From Cyanobium sp. CACIAM 14 (GTDB lineage Bacteria; Cyanobacteriota; Cyanobacteriia; PCC-6307; Cyanobiaceae), in contig JMRP01000009.1 of the NCBI GenBank assembly GCA_000708525.1, positions 2,588 through 66,587 on the forward strand: DNA of 64,000 bases, read 5' to 3'. A model generated the notes under the pieces. That model searched no databases and was not told the origin of the DNA. It saw nothing but the letters and a program-made list of their open reading frames with translations. Positions 9,673 to 18,451 of the stretch are shown here, in pieces. Every line of letters begins with the position of its first letter. Position 1 is the first letter of the stretch. Both the position numbers and the translations under genes were made by a program.

Positions 9673-10388
9673 GCGGGTCCCTGACGCACGATCCAGAGGG
9701 TCTGCCCGGCGGGCCAGAGCAGCAGCACCCGGCCTCCGGTCAACGCCGCCTGTGGAGCCTGGAGCGGCAGACCTCCGGTTCTGGCCTTGGCCAGGGGCAT
9801 CTGGCGGACCTCCACCTCCTGGGGGAGGGCCGGCAGCTCCGGGGGAGAGTCCTTCGTCACCGTCGCCTGCTCCCAGAGCCCCTGCAGGCTGGAGGCCTCC
9901 TCACCCTCCGCGGCCCGTACGCCGAGCGCCAGGGTGAGCATCCGGGCGGCCAGCCCGGCCGCTTCGGTTGCCGGCGGTTCCTGGGTCGGCCCCGGAGCCC
10001 CCTTGGAGCCCGCCGCCCCGGCTCCGCCATGGGGGGGCAAATCGGGCTTCCCCTGCTCCCGCTTCGGCAGTGCCGGAGCGTTCGGGGATGCCAGCTCCGC
10101 CGGTGGTGGCGGTGGCAGCAGGCCGGCCTGGGAGGGAAGGGGAAGCATCTGCAGGCCCGGTTCCCGGGCCTGACGGCGACTGAAACGCAGCAGTTCGGGC
10201 GTGTCGTCCAAGGTCCTGGAGGCCGGCCCTGCCGTCGGCCCGGAGGACATCCGCAGGGTGGGCAGGAACAGCACTCCGTTGAGGGCCAGGGCCACGAGCA
10301 GGGGCAGCAGTGCCCTCTGCCAGCCCCGGAAGGGGTGGGGCAGGGGGCCGGGCCGGAAACGCAGCCGGCGGGGAAGGCTGGCTTTCAC
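9669..10388 (-). CDS. Proline-rich membrane-anchored protein in the TonB position of an Exb cluster. No recognisable TonB C-terminal domain.
   Basis: The GTG start forms a GTGA overlap with the upstream ExbD stop. One TM helix (LLPLLVALALNGVLFL), then PPPPP/Pro-rich linkers. Confidence 0.55.
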   Translation of the reverse strand: MKASLPRRLRFRPGPLPHPFRGWQRALLPLLVALALNGVLFLPTLRMSSGPTAGPASRTLDDTPELLRFSRRQAREPGLQMLPLPSQAGLLPPPPPAELASPNAPALPKREQGKPDLPPHGGAGAAGSKGAPGPTQEPPATEAAGLAARMLTLALGVRAAEGEEASSLQGLWEQATVTKDSPPELPALPQEVEVRQMPLAKARTGGLPLQAPQAALTGGRVLLLWPAGQTLWIVRQGPA

Positions 10389-10750
10389 GGCAGTTGCAGC
10401 TCCAGTGGCAGCCCCATGGCGCTCAGCTGTCCCACCAGCCGCTGCACCGATCCCCAGGGCACGTCGGGGTCGGGAATGAGCCGAACGGTCGCTCGATTGG
10501 CCTGACCTTCCATCCTCCGCAGCACGGCAACCAGCCGATCGGCCGGGACCGACTGGTTCCACAGCCGGAACTGCCCGTCGCCGGCCATGTGCAGGCTGAC
10601 GATTCCCTGGCTGGCCGGGCGCTGGGCCAGGCGCTGGGGCACCAGCAGCAGGGCCAGCGTGAACAGGCACAGCCCCGTGGCCATGGCGGAGAGGGCCCAG
10701 GCATCGATGGTCCGCGACCATCCGGGTGGGGGAGCTGCGGCTCTGGTCAT
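10385..10750 (-). CDS. exbD: ExbD/TolR-family biopolymer transport protein
   Basis: N-terminal TM helix, then SLHMAGDGQFRLWNQ ... ATVRLIPD ... VQRLVGQL. ATGA overlap with the upstream gene. Confidence 0.7.
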   Translation of the reverse strand: MTRAAAPPPGWSRTIDAWALSAMATGLCLFTLALLLVPQRLAQRPASQGIVSLHMAGDGQFRLWNQSVPADRLVAVLRRMEGQANRATVRLIPDPDVPWGSVQRLVGQLSAMGLPLELQLP

Positions 10751-11100
10751 GGCCGTTCCTCCCGCAGGCCAAGAGCCACCGGGTGGGGGGTGCTTGCCCT
10801 CAGCTGGGCCAGCGATCGTGCCACCTCTCCCAGGGACAGGCTCGCCGACGGCAGGAAGCGGATGTCCACCTTGCCGGGCTGGGCGGCCAGCAGGTTCGGC
10901 AGCCGGCTGCGTGTCAAGGGTTCCCCGTTGACGTACCAGCGCCCGTCCGCCCCCTCCACCACCCAGAGGGTGGCTGTGACGGCGCCGGGGCTCTCAGGTC
11001 GCACCCTGGGCTGCCGATCCCTGGCCAGGTCGGCCATCGCCGCCACCGATCCGCACAGCAGCAGGGTGCATCCCACCAGGCAGGTGAGGGCGTGGGTCAT
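10747..11100 (-). CDS. ExbD/TolR-like protein (second copy)
   Basis: TM helix plus TLWVVEGADGRWYVNGEPL ... KVDIRFLPSASLSLGEV. The start at 11100 forms an ATGA overlap with the exbB stop. Confidence 0.6.
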   Translation of the reverse strand: MTHALTCLVGCTLLLCGSVAAMADLARDRQPRVRPESPGAVTATLWVVEGADGRWYVNGEPLTRSRLPNLLAAQPGKVDIRFLPSASLSLGEVARSLAQLRASTPHPVALGLREERP

Positions 11101-11600
11101 CGGCCTGCAGCGGCGGTGAGCCGACGCCCCAGCCGCTGCAGCCGCAGACGCTGGCTGTGCCGCAGCCACTGGTTCAGGAAGAGCCCGGCGCTGGCGATCA
11201 GACTCACGATCAGACCGAGCGCGGTGCTCAGCATCACCTTCCCGTAGCCGGCCAGGTTCGCTCCGGGGGGCAGCAGCAACCGGTCGCCGAGCACGGAGAG
11301 CACCTCCATCAGTCCCAGCACCGTCCCCGTCAGCCCCAGCAGCGGCGCCAGCACGGTGGCCGCCTGCAGCAGCGGTTCCCCGAAGCGCATCTCCAGATCC
11401 CAGTCCTCCAGGAGACGTTCAGCGCCGGAGGGGTTCCCCTCGCTGAGGATCCTCTCCCAGTCCTGACGCCGTACCTTGCGGCTGCGCCACCACTGCAACC
11501 AATAGCGGCCGCGATCGAAGATCACGGTCACCACGGCGATGGAGAGCAGAAAGAGCAGGAAGGTGGTGGGGCCATTCACCCCGGGGATCGCTGTCTTCAC
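11097..11600 (-). CDS. exbB: MotA/TolQ/ExbB proton-channel family protein
   Basis: Three predicted TM segments and the conserved [14 protein letters not shown] ... ALGLIVSL core. Confidence 0.8.
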   Translation of the reverse strand: MKTAIPGVNGPTTFLLFLLSIAVVTVIFDRGRYWLQWWRSRKVRRQDWERILSEGNPSGAERLLEDWDLEMRFGEPLLQAATVLAPLLGLTGTVLGLMEVLSVLGDRLLLPPGANLAGYGKVMLSTALGLIVSLIASAGLFLNQWLRHSQRLRLQRLGRRLTAAAGR

Positions 11601-11752
11601 CCCTGACCCTTCTCCATGGCTGGGAGTTATTTCTGGCTGGCGCGGATTCTATGGGTCGTCTGTGCCACGGCCATGTGCTTGACCGGCTTGACAGTACCCC
11701 CACCGGTGACGCTGTCTATGGTGCCCAGAGGATCGGATCCAGAGTGACCGCG

Positions 11753-12733
11753 ATGAGCCCCATTTATGCCGACAACAGCCTCACCATCGGCAAGACGCCA
11801 CTGGTGGAGCTCCAGCGGGTCACCCAGGGGTGCGGAGCCCGGGTTCTGGCCAAGATCGAAGGTCGCAACCCCGCGTATTCCGTCAAGTGCAGGATCGGCG
11901 CGGCGATGATCTGGCAGGCGGAACAGGATGGCCTGCTGGGGCCCGGCAAGGCGCTAATCGAACCCACCAGCGGAAACACCGGCATCGCCCTGGCCTTCGT
12001 GGCCGCCTCTCGCGGCATTCCCCTCACCCTCACCATGCCGGAGACGATGAGTCTCGAGCGGCGCAAGCTGCTCACCGCCTACGGCGCCCATCTGGTGCTC
12101 ACCGAAGGCCGGCTGGGGATGGGTGGTGCCATTGCCGCGGCCAGGGAACTGGCCGAATCGGAACCGGATCGCTGGGTGATGCTCCAGCAGTTCATGAATC
12201 CCGCCAATCCCCGCATCCACCACGACACCACCGGCCCGGAGATCTGGAAGGACACCGGCGGTGTGGTGGATGCCGTCGTGGCCGGCGTGGGCACCGGCGG
12301 CACGATCACCGGGGTGAGCCGCTACATCAAGACCACCCTGGGCCAGTCCCTGGTGTCGGTGGCGGTGGAGCCCGCCGGCAGCCCGGTCATCCGTCAGACG
12401 ATCGCGGGGGAGGAACTCCGGCCTGGCCCCCACAAGATCCAGGGCATCGGTGCCGGTTTCGTTCCGGCCAACCTCGATCTCTCCCTGGTCGACCGGGTGG
12501 AGGCCGTGAGCGACGAGGAGGCCGTGACGATGGCCCGCCGCCTGATGCGGGAGGAGGGCATCCTGGCGGGCATCTCCTGCGGCGCCGCCACGGTGGCCGC
12601 GCTGCGGCTGGCTCGCGAAAAGGCCTTCGAGGGGCGCACCATCGTCGTGGTGCTTCCCGATTCCGGCGAGCGGTACCTGAGTTCGGTGCTGTTCGAGGGT
12701 GTCTTCAACGAGAGGGGCCTGGCGGCCGTCTGA
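11753..12733 (+). CDS. cysK: Cysteine synthase A (O-acetylserine sulfhydrylase)
   Basis: [20 protein letters not shown] (PLP lysine), [20 protein letters not shown]. Confidence 0.9.
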   Translation: MSPIYADNSLTIGKTPLVELQRVTQGCGARVLAKIEGRNPAYSVKCRIGAAMIWQAEQDGLLGPGKALIEPTSGNTGIALAFVAASRGIPLTLTMPETMSLERRKLLTAYGAHLVLTEGRLGMGGAIAAARELAESEPDRWVMLQQFMNPANPRIHHDTTGPEIWKDTGGVVDAVVAGVGTGGTITGVSRYIKTTLGQSLVSVAVEPAGSPVIRQTIAGEELRPGPHKIQGIGAGFVPANLDLSLVDRVEAVSDEEAVTMARRLMREEGILAGISCGAATVAALRLAREKAFEGRTIVVVLPDSGERYLSSVLFEGVFNERGLAAV

Positions 12734-12765
12734 ACCCCCTCCCCTGCCCCCACGAGTCCCCGTCG

Positions 12766-13185
12766 ATGAGCTATCTGCGACAGATCATGGAGCGGCTGCG
12801 CGACCGCTCGCCCTCCCCGCCCCAGGATCGGCGGAGCGATGATGCCCTGCTGGAGGAGCATCTGCGTCTCTACGGCAGCCAGCTCGAGGCCTGCAGCGAC
12901 GCGATGCTCGACTATGAGGCCGCCTGGCTGGAGCAGCACATCGAAACCCTCGAACTCTGCGCCCGCGAGCCCACCATGCAGGCCGGCGCCGGTGGTGCCC
13001 AGCACGTGGAGCAGCTTCTGGAGGAGAGTCGCCGCTTCCGCCGGCTGCTGAACCGGCATCGCCACGAGAGGGGCCTGGGCTATCGGGCCGTCCACGCCAC
13101 CGTCGTGGCCAGCGAACATGCCTGGGAGCTCTCCGATCCCGCCCTGCGGCGGGCCTGGGGCTTTCCGGCGGCCCCGTCTTCCTAG
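12766..13185 (+). CDS. Hypothetical protein (139 aa)
   Basis: The in-frame ATG at 12766 within track ORF 11830-13185 gives a product with balanced, helical composition (LEEHLRLYGSQLEACSDAMLDYEAAWLEQHIETLE). No family recognised. Confidence 0.45.
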   Translation: MSYLRQIMERLRDRSPSPPQDRRSDDALLEEHLRLYGSQLEACSDAMLDYEAAWLEQHIETLELCAREPTMQAGAGGAQHVEQLLEESRRFRRLLNRHRHERGLGYRAVHATVVASEHAWELSDPALRRAWGFPAAPSS

Positions 13186-13315
13186 GGTCTGGAGGTGCGG
13201 CCGACCCCCGGCGTGTTGGTGAGGTCTGCGAGCCGAACCCTGTGCTCACCGACACAGCCTCCCTGCAAGGGCTCCCCAAGGATTTCCGAACCGCCCCACG
13301 GATCCCGGCAAGCCC

Positions 13316-13597
13316 ATGGCGAGCTTCACCATCACCCTCGAAGGAGGGAAGACGTTCACCTGTCCTGACGACACTTACATCCTCGACGCGGCCGAGGAGC
13401 AGGGCGTCGAGCTGCCCTACTCCTGCCGCGCCGGCGCCTGCAGCACCTGCGCCGGCAGGATCCTCTCGGGCGGCGTCGATCAGTCCGATCAGAGCTTCCT
13501 CGAGGACGAGCAGATCGCGGAGGGCTATGCCCTCCTCTGTGTCAGCTACCCGCTGAGCGACTGCACCATCCAGCCGGAGGTCGAGGACGAGCTCTGA
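13316..13597 (+). CDS. petF: Plant-type [2Fe-2S] ferredoxin
   Basis: [28 protein letters not shown] ... LLCVSYP, showing the canonical four-Cys pattern. Confidence 0.92.
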   Translation: MASFTITLEGGKTFTCPDDTYILDAAEEQGVELPYSCRAGACSTCAGRILSGGVDQSDQSFLEDEQIAEGYALLCVSYPLSDCTIQPEVEDEL

Positions 13598-13651
13598 GGC
13601 CCCCGCCGCGACGACCCCCTGCCGATCGCTGCAGCGCCCGGCCGGCCGCGC

Positions 13652-15010
13652 TCAGCCCGCCATCGTGACGAACTCCTCGGCGACCGAGGGGTGCAGCGCC
13701 ATGGTGCGGTCGAAGTCGGCCTTGGTGGCGCCCATGCCGATGGCGATCGCCGCCATCTGAATGATCTCGGCGCTGTGGTCGCCCACCATGTGGCAGCCCA
13801 CCACCCTGTCGCTGGCGGCTTCCACGATGAGTTTCAGCAGCACCCGGGGACCCCGGGCCGGCAGGGCCTGGGCCATCGGCCGGAAGCGGGCCCGGTGCAC
13901 CCGGATCCCCTCGGCGCCGAAGCGTTCGACGGCGGCCTCCTCGGTGAGGCCCACCCCCGCCAGCTCCGGCTGGCTGAACACGGCGCTGGCCACCAGGTCG
14001 TGATCCACCCGCCGGGGCTTGTTGCCGTACACGGTGTCGGCGAAGGCACGGCCCTCGTCCACGGCCACCGGCGTCAGATTGACCCGGTCGGTCACGTCGC
14101 CGACGGCGTAGATGTGGGGCACGTTCGTGGTCTGGTCCGCATCGACTGGGATGCGATGACCCTCCATCGCCACCCCGGCGCACTCCAGCTGCAGGCCATC
14201 CAGGAACGGACGACGCCCCGTGGCCAGCAGCACGCCGCCGCAGGCCAGCTCCTCGCCGCTCTGGGTGGTGACCTTCAGATCCACCGGCACTCCTGTGATG
14301 GCCGCCGGGCTGTGGGCGAAGCGGATCTCGATGCCTTCGGCTTCCATGGCCTCCTGCACCGCGCTGGAGGCCTCCCGGTCGAAGCCCCGCAGCAGGTGAT
14401 CCCCCCGGACCAGCAAGGTCACCGCCACGCCGAGGCCGTGCAGGATGCAGGCGAACTCGCAGGCGATGAAGCCCGCTCCCACCACCACCACCCGCTCGGG
14501 GAAGCGCTCCTGCAGGAACATGTCGTCGCTCACCCAGGCCAGTTCCGCCCCCGGGAACACCGGCCGGTGGGGCCGGCCACCGACGGCGATCAGGATCCGC
14601 TTGCCCATCAGGCGCCGTATCCCCCCCGAGGCGTCGACCACGTCGACATGGTGGGGATCGGCGAAGCGGCCCCAGCCCCGCACCAGCTCCACCCCTGCCT
14701 TCTCCAGCAGTCCGATGTGCAGCGTGTTGAGCCGGTCCACCTCGCGGCGCACGTTCGCCAGCAGCACGGAGGCATCGGGGCGGCATCCGTCAAGCTGCCA
14801 GCCGTAGCTGGACGCATCGGCGAGCAGGTGCCGGTAGGCCGAGCCGTAGACCAGCAGTTTCTTCGGCACGCAGCCGCGGATCACGCAGGTGCCCCCCACC
14901 CGGTCGCCCTCCACGATGGCCACCGAGGCTCCATGGGAGGCAGCCCGTTTCGACGCGGCCAGGCCGCCGGAGCCCGCCCCCAGGACGATCAGGTCGAAGC
15001 AGTCGGTCAT
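13652..15010 (-). CDS. gor: Glutathione-disulfide reductase
   Basis: GAGSGG, redox-active GGTCVIRGCVPKK, a second dinucleotide fold VVVVGAGFIACE, and a C-terminal HP motif (ALHPSVAEE). Confidence 0.88.
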   Translation of the reverse strand: MTDCFDLIVLGAGSGGLAASKRAASHGASVAIVEGDRVGGTCVIRGCVPKKLLVYGSAYRHLLADASSYGWQLDGCRPDASVLLANVRREVDRLNTLHIGLLEKAGVELVRGWGRFADPHHVDVVDASGGIRRLMGKRILIAVGGRPHRPVFPGAELAWVSDDMFLQERFPERVVVVGAGFIACEFACILHGLGVAVTLLVRGDHLLRGFDREASSAVQEAMEAEGIEIRFAHSPAAITGVPVDLKVTTQSGEELACGGVLLATGRRPFLDGLQLECAGVAMEGHRIPVDADQTTNVPHIYAVGDVTDRVNLTPVAVDEGRAFADTVYGNKPRRVDHDLVASAVFSQPELAGVGLTEEAAVERFGAEGIRVHRARFRPMAQALPARGPRVLLKLIVEAASDRVVGCHMVGDHSAEIIQMAAIAIGMGATKADFDRTMALHPSVAEEFVTMAG

Positions 15011-15663
15011 GGCAGCAGGGCGTCGTTGAGCAGCGTGTCCTCCAGCATGGCGTCCCGCAGATCGGTGTCCCGGAGGTCACAGCCGCGCAGATCGGCCCGG
15101 CGGAGGTCGGCGGCCACCATGCTGCAGCCGTAGAGGCAGGCACCGCGAAGATCGCTGCCCTGCAGCTGGGCGCCCTGCATCAGGGCGAAGCTGAGGTCGG
15201 CGCTCCGGAAGTCGGCCCCGCCGAGATCGGTGCGCTGGTCGAGGCCGCTGCGGAAATCGGCTTCCACCAGGCGGCACTCCCGCCAGCGGCTGCCCGCCGC
15301 CAGTACCCCCCGCAGGCAGCAGCGGTGCATCAGGGCCCCGCCGAGGTCGGCCCCCTGCAGCCGGGCCGCCGAGAGGTCGGCGTCATGCCAGAAGGATCGC
15401 CCGGCGGCCAGCCCGGAAAGGTCGGCCCCCCAGAGCAGGGCCTGCTGGAAACAGGCGCCTTCCACGTTCGCCCCGGCCAGGCGGGCCCGGCCGAACCGGG
15501 CCTCCTTGAAGCAGCCTCCGTGCAGGTCGCAGTCCGCCAGGTCCAGGTCGACCCCGTCGAGGTTCCCGAGCCGCAGACCGGGGAAGTGGCGCCGGCCGGC
15601 GGCCAGGGCCTCTCGCAGGGCGTCCAGGCTGGTGGGGAGGTCAGAGGATGGCCGCGAGGGCAT
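15007..15663 (-). CDS. Pentapeptide-repeat protein
   Basis: Continuous A(D/N)LxG-type pentapeptides (ADLSGLA, ADLGGAL, ADFRSAD, SDLRGAC, ADLRRAD ...). ATGA overlap with the gor start. Confidence 0.85.
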   Translation of the reverse strand: MPSRPSSDLPTSLDALREALAAGRRHFPGLRLGNLDGVDLDLADCDLHGGCFKEARFGRARLAGANVEGACFQQALLWGADLSGLAAGRSFWHDADLSAARLQGADLGGALMHRCCLRGVLAAGSRWRECRLVEADFRSGLDQRTDLGGADFRSADLSFALMQGAQLQGSDLRGACLYGCSMVAADLRRADLRGCDLRDTDLRDAMLEDTLLNDALLP

Positions 15664-15946
15664 CGAGCTGCTGGCGTCGGGAAGCGAGCATGAGCTTGCG
15701 GGCCTGACCCAGCAACTGGAAAACGCCCTTGTCGATCACCTCATAGAACACGAGGCTGCCCTCGGGACGGCGGCGCACCACGCCGGCGATCGTGAGCAGC
15801 TTGAGGTGCTTGGACACCAGGGCCTGGCTGAGGCCGGTCTTCTCGACGACCGCCGTGACGTTCAGGGGGCCCTGACGAAGGGTCTCGAGCACGGTGAGGC
15901 GATTGGGCTCGGAGAACACCTTGAAGTAGTCGGCCAGGGCTTCCAT
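15641..15946 (-). CDS. ArsR/SmtB-family transcriptional regulator
   Basis: FKVFSEPNRLTVLETL ... VTAVVEKTGLSQALVSKHLKLL winged HTH. The 3' end overlaps the pentapeptide gene. Confidence 0.85.
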   Translation of the reverse strand: MEALADYFKVFSEPNRLTVLETLRQGPLNVTAVVEKTGLSQALVSKHLKLLTIAGVVRRRPEGSLVFYEVIDKGVFQLLGQARKLMLASRRQQLDALAAIL

Positions 15947-16132
15947 GGTGAAGGGGTGAGTGCGAGGACGCCTTGGCGTGGGGCCAGGGCGAGGATGTGA
16001 GACGACAGCTCGGGCCGCTTGAAAGGGGGCAGATAGGGCAGAGCCTAACGCGATTCGCAGACAGGAACGCAGAGACGCGGAAGCGCGATGACCAGTTCCT
16101 GTAGTATCACGGTGTCGTTATGACGTTGTCCG

Positions 16133-16645
16133 ATGGTGTTGCTTCTGGACCTGCCGCCCCGGGCCGCCGAGCCGGACCGTGCTCCCGTCGCCAGGGCTGG
16201 GGCGTTCTGGTGGCCACGCGGCTGGAATGAGCAGCGGGTCCTGCTCGAGCGCCAGCACGATCGGCTCGAGCGATTGCTCGATCAGCTGATCGATCACCAC
16301 TCCGTGGCCGAGGCCGATCTCTGCGCTGCTGTTCTTGAGGATCATCGGCGCGGCTGCCACCGCCTGGTGCGGGCGCTGGCCCTTCACCTGCGCCTCGAGG
16401 AGCGCTGGCTGGCCGAACGGGGCTGTCTGTGCGGCGGCCATCGCGCCGCCCACGCGCAGGCAGCCGCTCTGGCCGCGGATGGCCTGGTCCGCACCGAGAG
16501 CCTGCACATCGCCCGGCTCGCCTGGCTGATGGACATCCAGGCGTGGTTCCGCCAGCACCGCTCCGGCGCGGATGCGATCGCCTATGCGCGTGCTCGGCAA
16601 GGCGCCCATCAAGCCCCTTTCACCCTCTCCCCCGCCGTGCGATGA
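16133..16645 (+). CDS. Hemerythrin-like (HHE cation-binding) protein
   Basis: Ordered ligand-type motifs ERQHDRL, HLRLEE (HxxxE), HRAAH (HxxxH), HRSGAD (HxxxxD). Its stop overlaps the acsF start (ATGA at 16642-16645). Confidence 0.6.
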   Translation: MVLLLDLPPRAAEPDRAPVARAGAFWWPRGWNEQRVLLERQHDRLERLLDQLIDHHSVAEADLCAAVLEDHRRGCHRLVRALALHLRLEERWLAERGCLCGGHRAAHAQAAALAADGLVRTESLHIARLAWLMDIQAWFRQHRSGADAIAYARARQGAHQAPFTLSPAVR

Positions 16646-17625
16646 CGACCACCACCATGACTTCCGGGACCGCATCCACGTCGGCCGTGCCTGCCGCCCC
16701 CCACCTGCGCGAGGACCTGCTCACCCCCCGCTTCTACACCACCGAGATCGCCAAGGCGGCCCGCACCGATCTGGAGCTTCAGCGGCCTGCCTTCGAGGCG
16801 ATGCTGGCCGAGATGGAGGCCGACTACAACCGCGAGCACTTCGATCGCAAGGCCCCGCTCGATCGCCTCAGGTCCCTGAGCACCGAGGAGAAGGAGGCCT
16901 ACGAGAGCTATCTGGTGCGCTCCTGCGTGTCGGAGTTCTCCGGCTTCCTGCTGTTCAAGGAGCTCTCGCGGCGGCTGTTCCAGGCGCAGCGCCCCGAGAT
17001 GGGGCGTCTGTTCCAGTTGATGGCCCGCGATGAGGCACGCCATGCCGGTTTCCTCAACCGGGCGCTGGTGGCGGAGGGCATCGAGATCGATCTCCCCACC
17101 CTGAGCACCAAGCGGCCGATCACCTGGTTCCCGCTCAGCTGGGTGCTCTACAGCGTGTTCCTGTCGGAGAAGATCGGCTACTGGCGTTACATCCTCATCG
17201 ATCGCCACCTCAAGGCCCATCCCGACAACAACTTCGCGCCGCTGTTCGATTTCTTCGAACCCTGGTGCCAGGACGAGAACCGCCACGGCGACATCTTCAA
17301 CATGCTGATCCGCTGCTGGCCCGCCCTGCGGTCCGGTTTCCGCGGCAAGCTGCTCAGTCGCTTCTTTCTCTGGTCGGTGTTTCTCACCCACAGCCTCACG
17401 GTCTGTGAGCGTGGGGATTTCTACCGGATCCTGGGCATGGATCCCGCCCGCTTTGATGCGGAGGTGATGCGCCAGACCAACCGAACCGCCCGCCGGGTCT
17501 TCCCCTGGGTGTTCGACCTGGAGAACAGCCACTACATCGACCTGCGGGATCGACTCGTGGCCTGTTTCCAGCAGCTGCAGGCGGCCCGCGAGGGGGGGGC
17601 GGACCGCTGCGCCAATGGGGGCTGA
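16642..17625 (+). CDS. acsF: Mg-protoporphyrin IX monomethyl ester oxidative cyclase AcsF
   Basis: FYTTEI, EFSGFLLFKE, ARDEARHAGFLN, WCQDENRHGD: di-iron ExxH motifs and strong overall AcsF character. Confidence 0.9.
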   Translation: MTTTTMTSGTASTSAVPAAPHLREDLLTPRFYTTEIAKAARTDLELQRPAFEAMLAEMEADYNREHFDRKAPLDRLRSLSTEEKEAYESYLVRSCVSEFSGFLLFKELSRRLFQAQRPEMGRLFQLMARDEARHAGFLNRALVAEGIEIDLPTLSTKRPITWFPLSWVLYSVFLSEKIGYWRYILIDRHLKAHPDNNFAPLFDFFEPWCQDENRHGDIFNMLIRCWPALRSGFRGKLLSRFFLWSVFLTHSLTVCERGDFYRILGMDPARFDAEVMRQTNRTARRVFPWVFDLENSHYIDLRDRLVACFQQLQAAREGGADRCANGG

Positions 17626-17740
17626 AGCTTCGCTTCGGCGCTCTGCTGCTGCGCCAGTTCTGCCAGCCGATGCAGCGGGCCGAAGCGGCCTGAGCGCGGC
17701 GTCCCTCCATCACCAGTTCTGCTCCCCTGTCACCCGAGCC

Positions 17741-18451
17741 ATGGCCAACCTGGAACTCACCACCGCATATCGCGAGGCCTACAGCCGCATCAATGGCCTG
17801 GTGATCGTGGGTGAAGGGCTGGCGGATCGCCATTTCCGCCTGCTGGCAGGCCTCCTGCCGGACGAGCGGGAAGACCTGGAGCAGCTGGCCGCGATGGAGG
17901 GACGCCACGCCCGCGACTTCCTGGGCTGCGGCCGGTCCCTGGGGATCCGCCCGGATCTGCCGCTGGCCCACCGGCTGTTCGCACCGCTGCACCGGCTCTT
18001 CGCCGAGGCGATCCGTGCCGGTGACCGGGTCAGTGCCCTGGTGATCCAGTGCCTGATCGTGGAGAGTTTCGCGGTGGCCGCATACCGCTGCTACCAGCCG
18101 GTGGCCGATCCCTACGCGGCGCCGATCCTCCGGGAGGTGCTGGAGGATGAAGCCGAGCACCTCGACTACGGCGAACGCTGGCTGGCCGCCTGGTTCCCTG
18201 ACGTGGCGGCGCCGATCGCCGCCTGCTGTGAGCGTGCCCTGCCGGTGGCGCTGGCCATGCTCCAAGACGTACGCGACGATCTGACGGTGATCGGCATCGA
18301 CCCCCTCGACCTCGTGGGGGAATTCGTGGCCTGTTTCGAGGAGACACTCGAGAAGGTCGGCTTCCAGCCGCGCCAGGCCCGGGGGCTGGTGGCGCGGCTG
18401 GCTGGCAGGGCCTGCCACGAAGCAGCCCCAGCCTCGATTGAATCGTGTTGA
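17741..18451 (+). CDS. Aldehyde-deformylating oxygenase (ADO)-family ferritin-like di-iron protein, divergent paralog
   Basis: AYREAYSRINGLVIVGE ... LAAMEGRH ... LVIQCLIVESFAVAAY ... EDEAEHLDYGERWL are collinear with the ADO motifs YKDAYSRINAIVIEGE, MEMRH, IEAFAISAY and KDEYTHLNYGE. All E/H ligands are retained. Confidence 0.7.
   Translation: MANLELTTAYREAYSRINGLVIVGEGLADRHFRLLAGLLPDEREDLEQLAAMEGRHARDFLGCGRSLGIRPDLPLAHRLFAPLHRLFAEAIRAGDRVSALVIQCLIVESFAVAAYRCYQPVADPYAAPILREVLEDEAEHLDYGERWLAAWFPDVAAPIAACCERALPVALAMLQDVRDDLTVIGIDPLDLVGEFVACFEETLEKVGFQPRQARGLVARLAGRACHEAAPASIESC

Noticed and set aside
13691-15133. 480-aa plus-strand ORF
   Set aside because: It is antisense to gor and the pentapeptide gene. 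Its composition is H/G/A/R/P-rich with no motifs.
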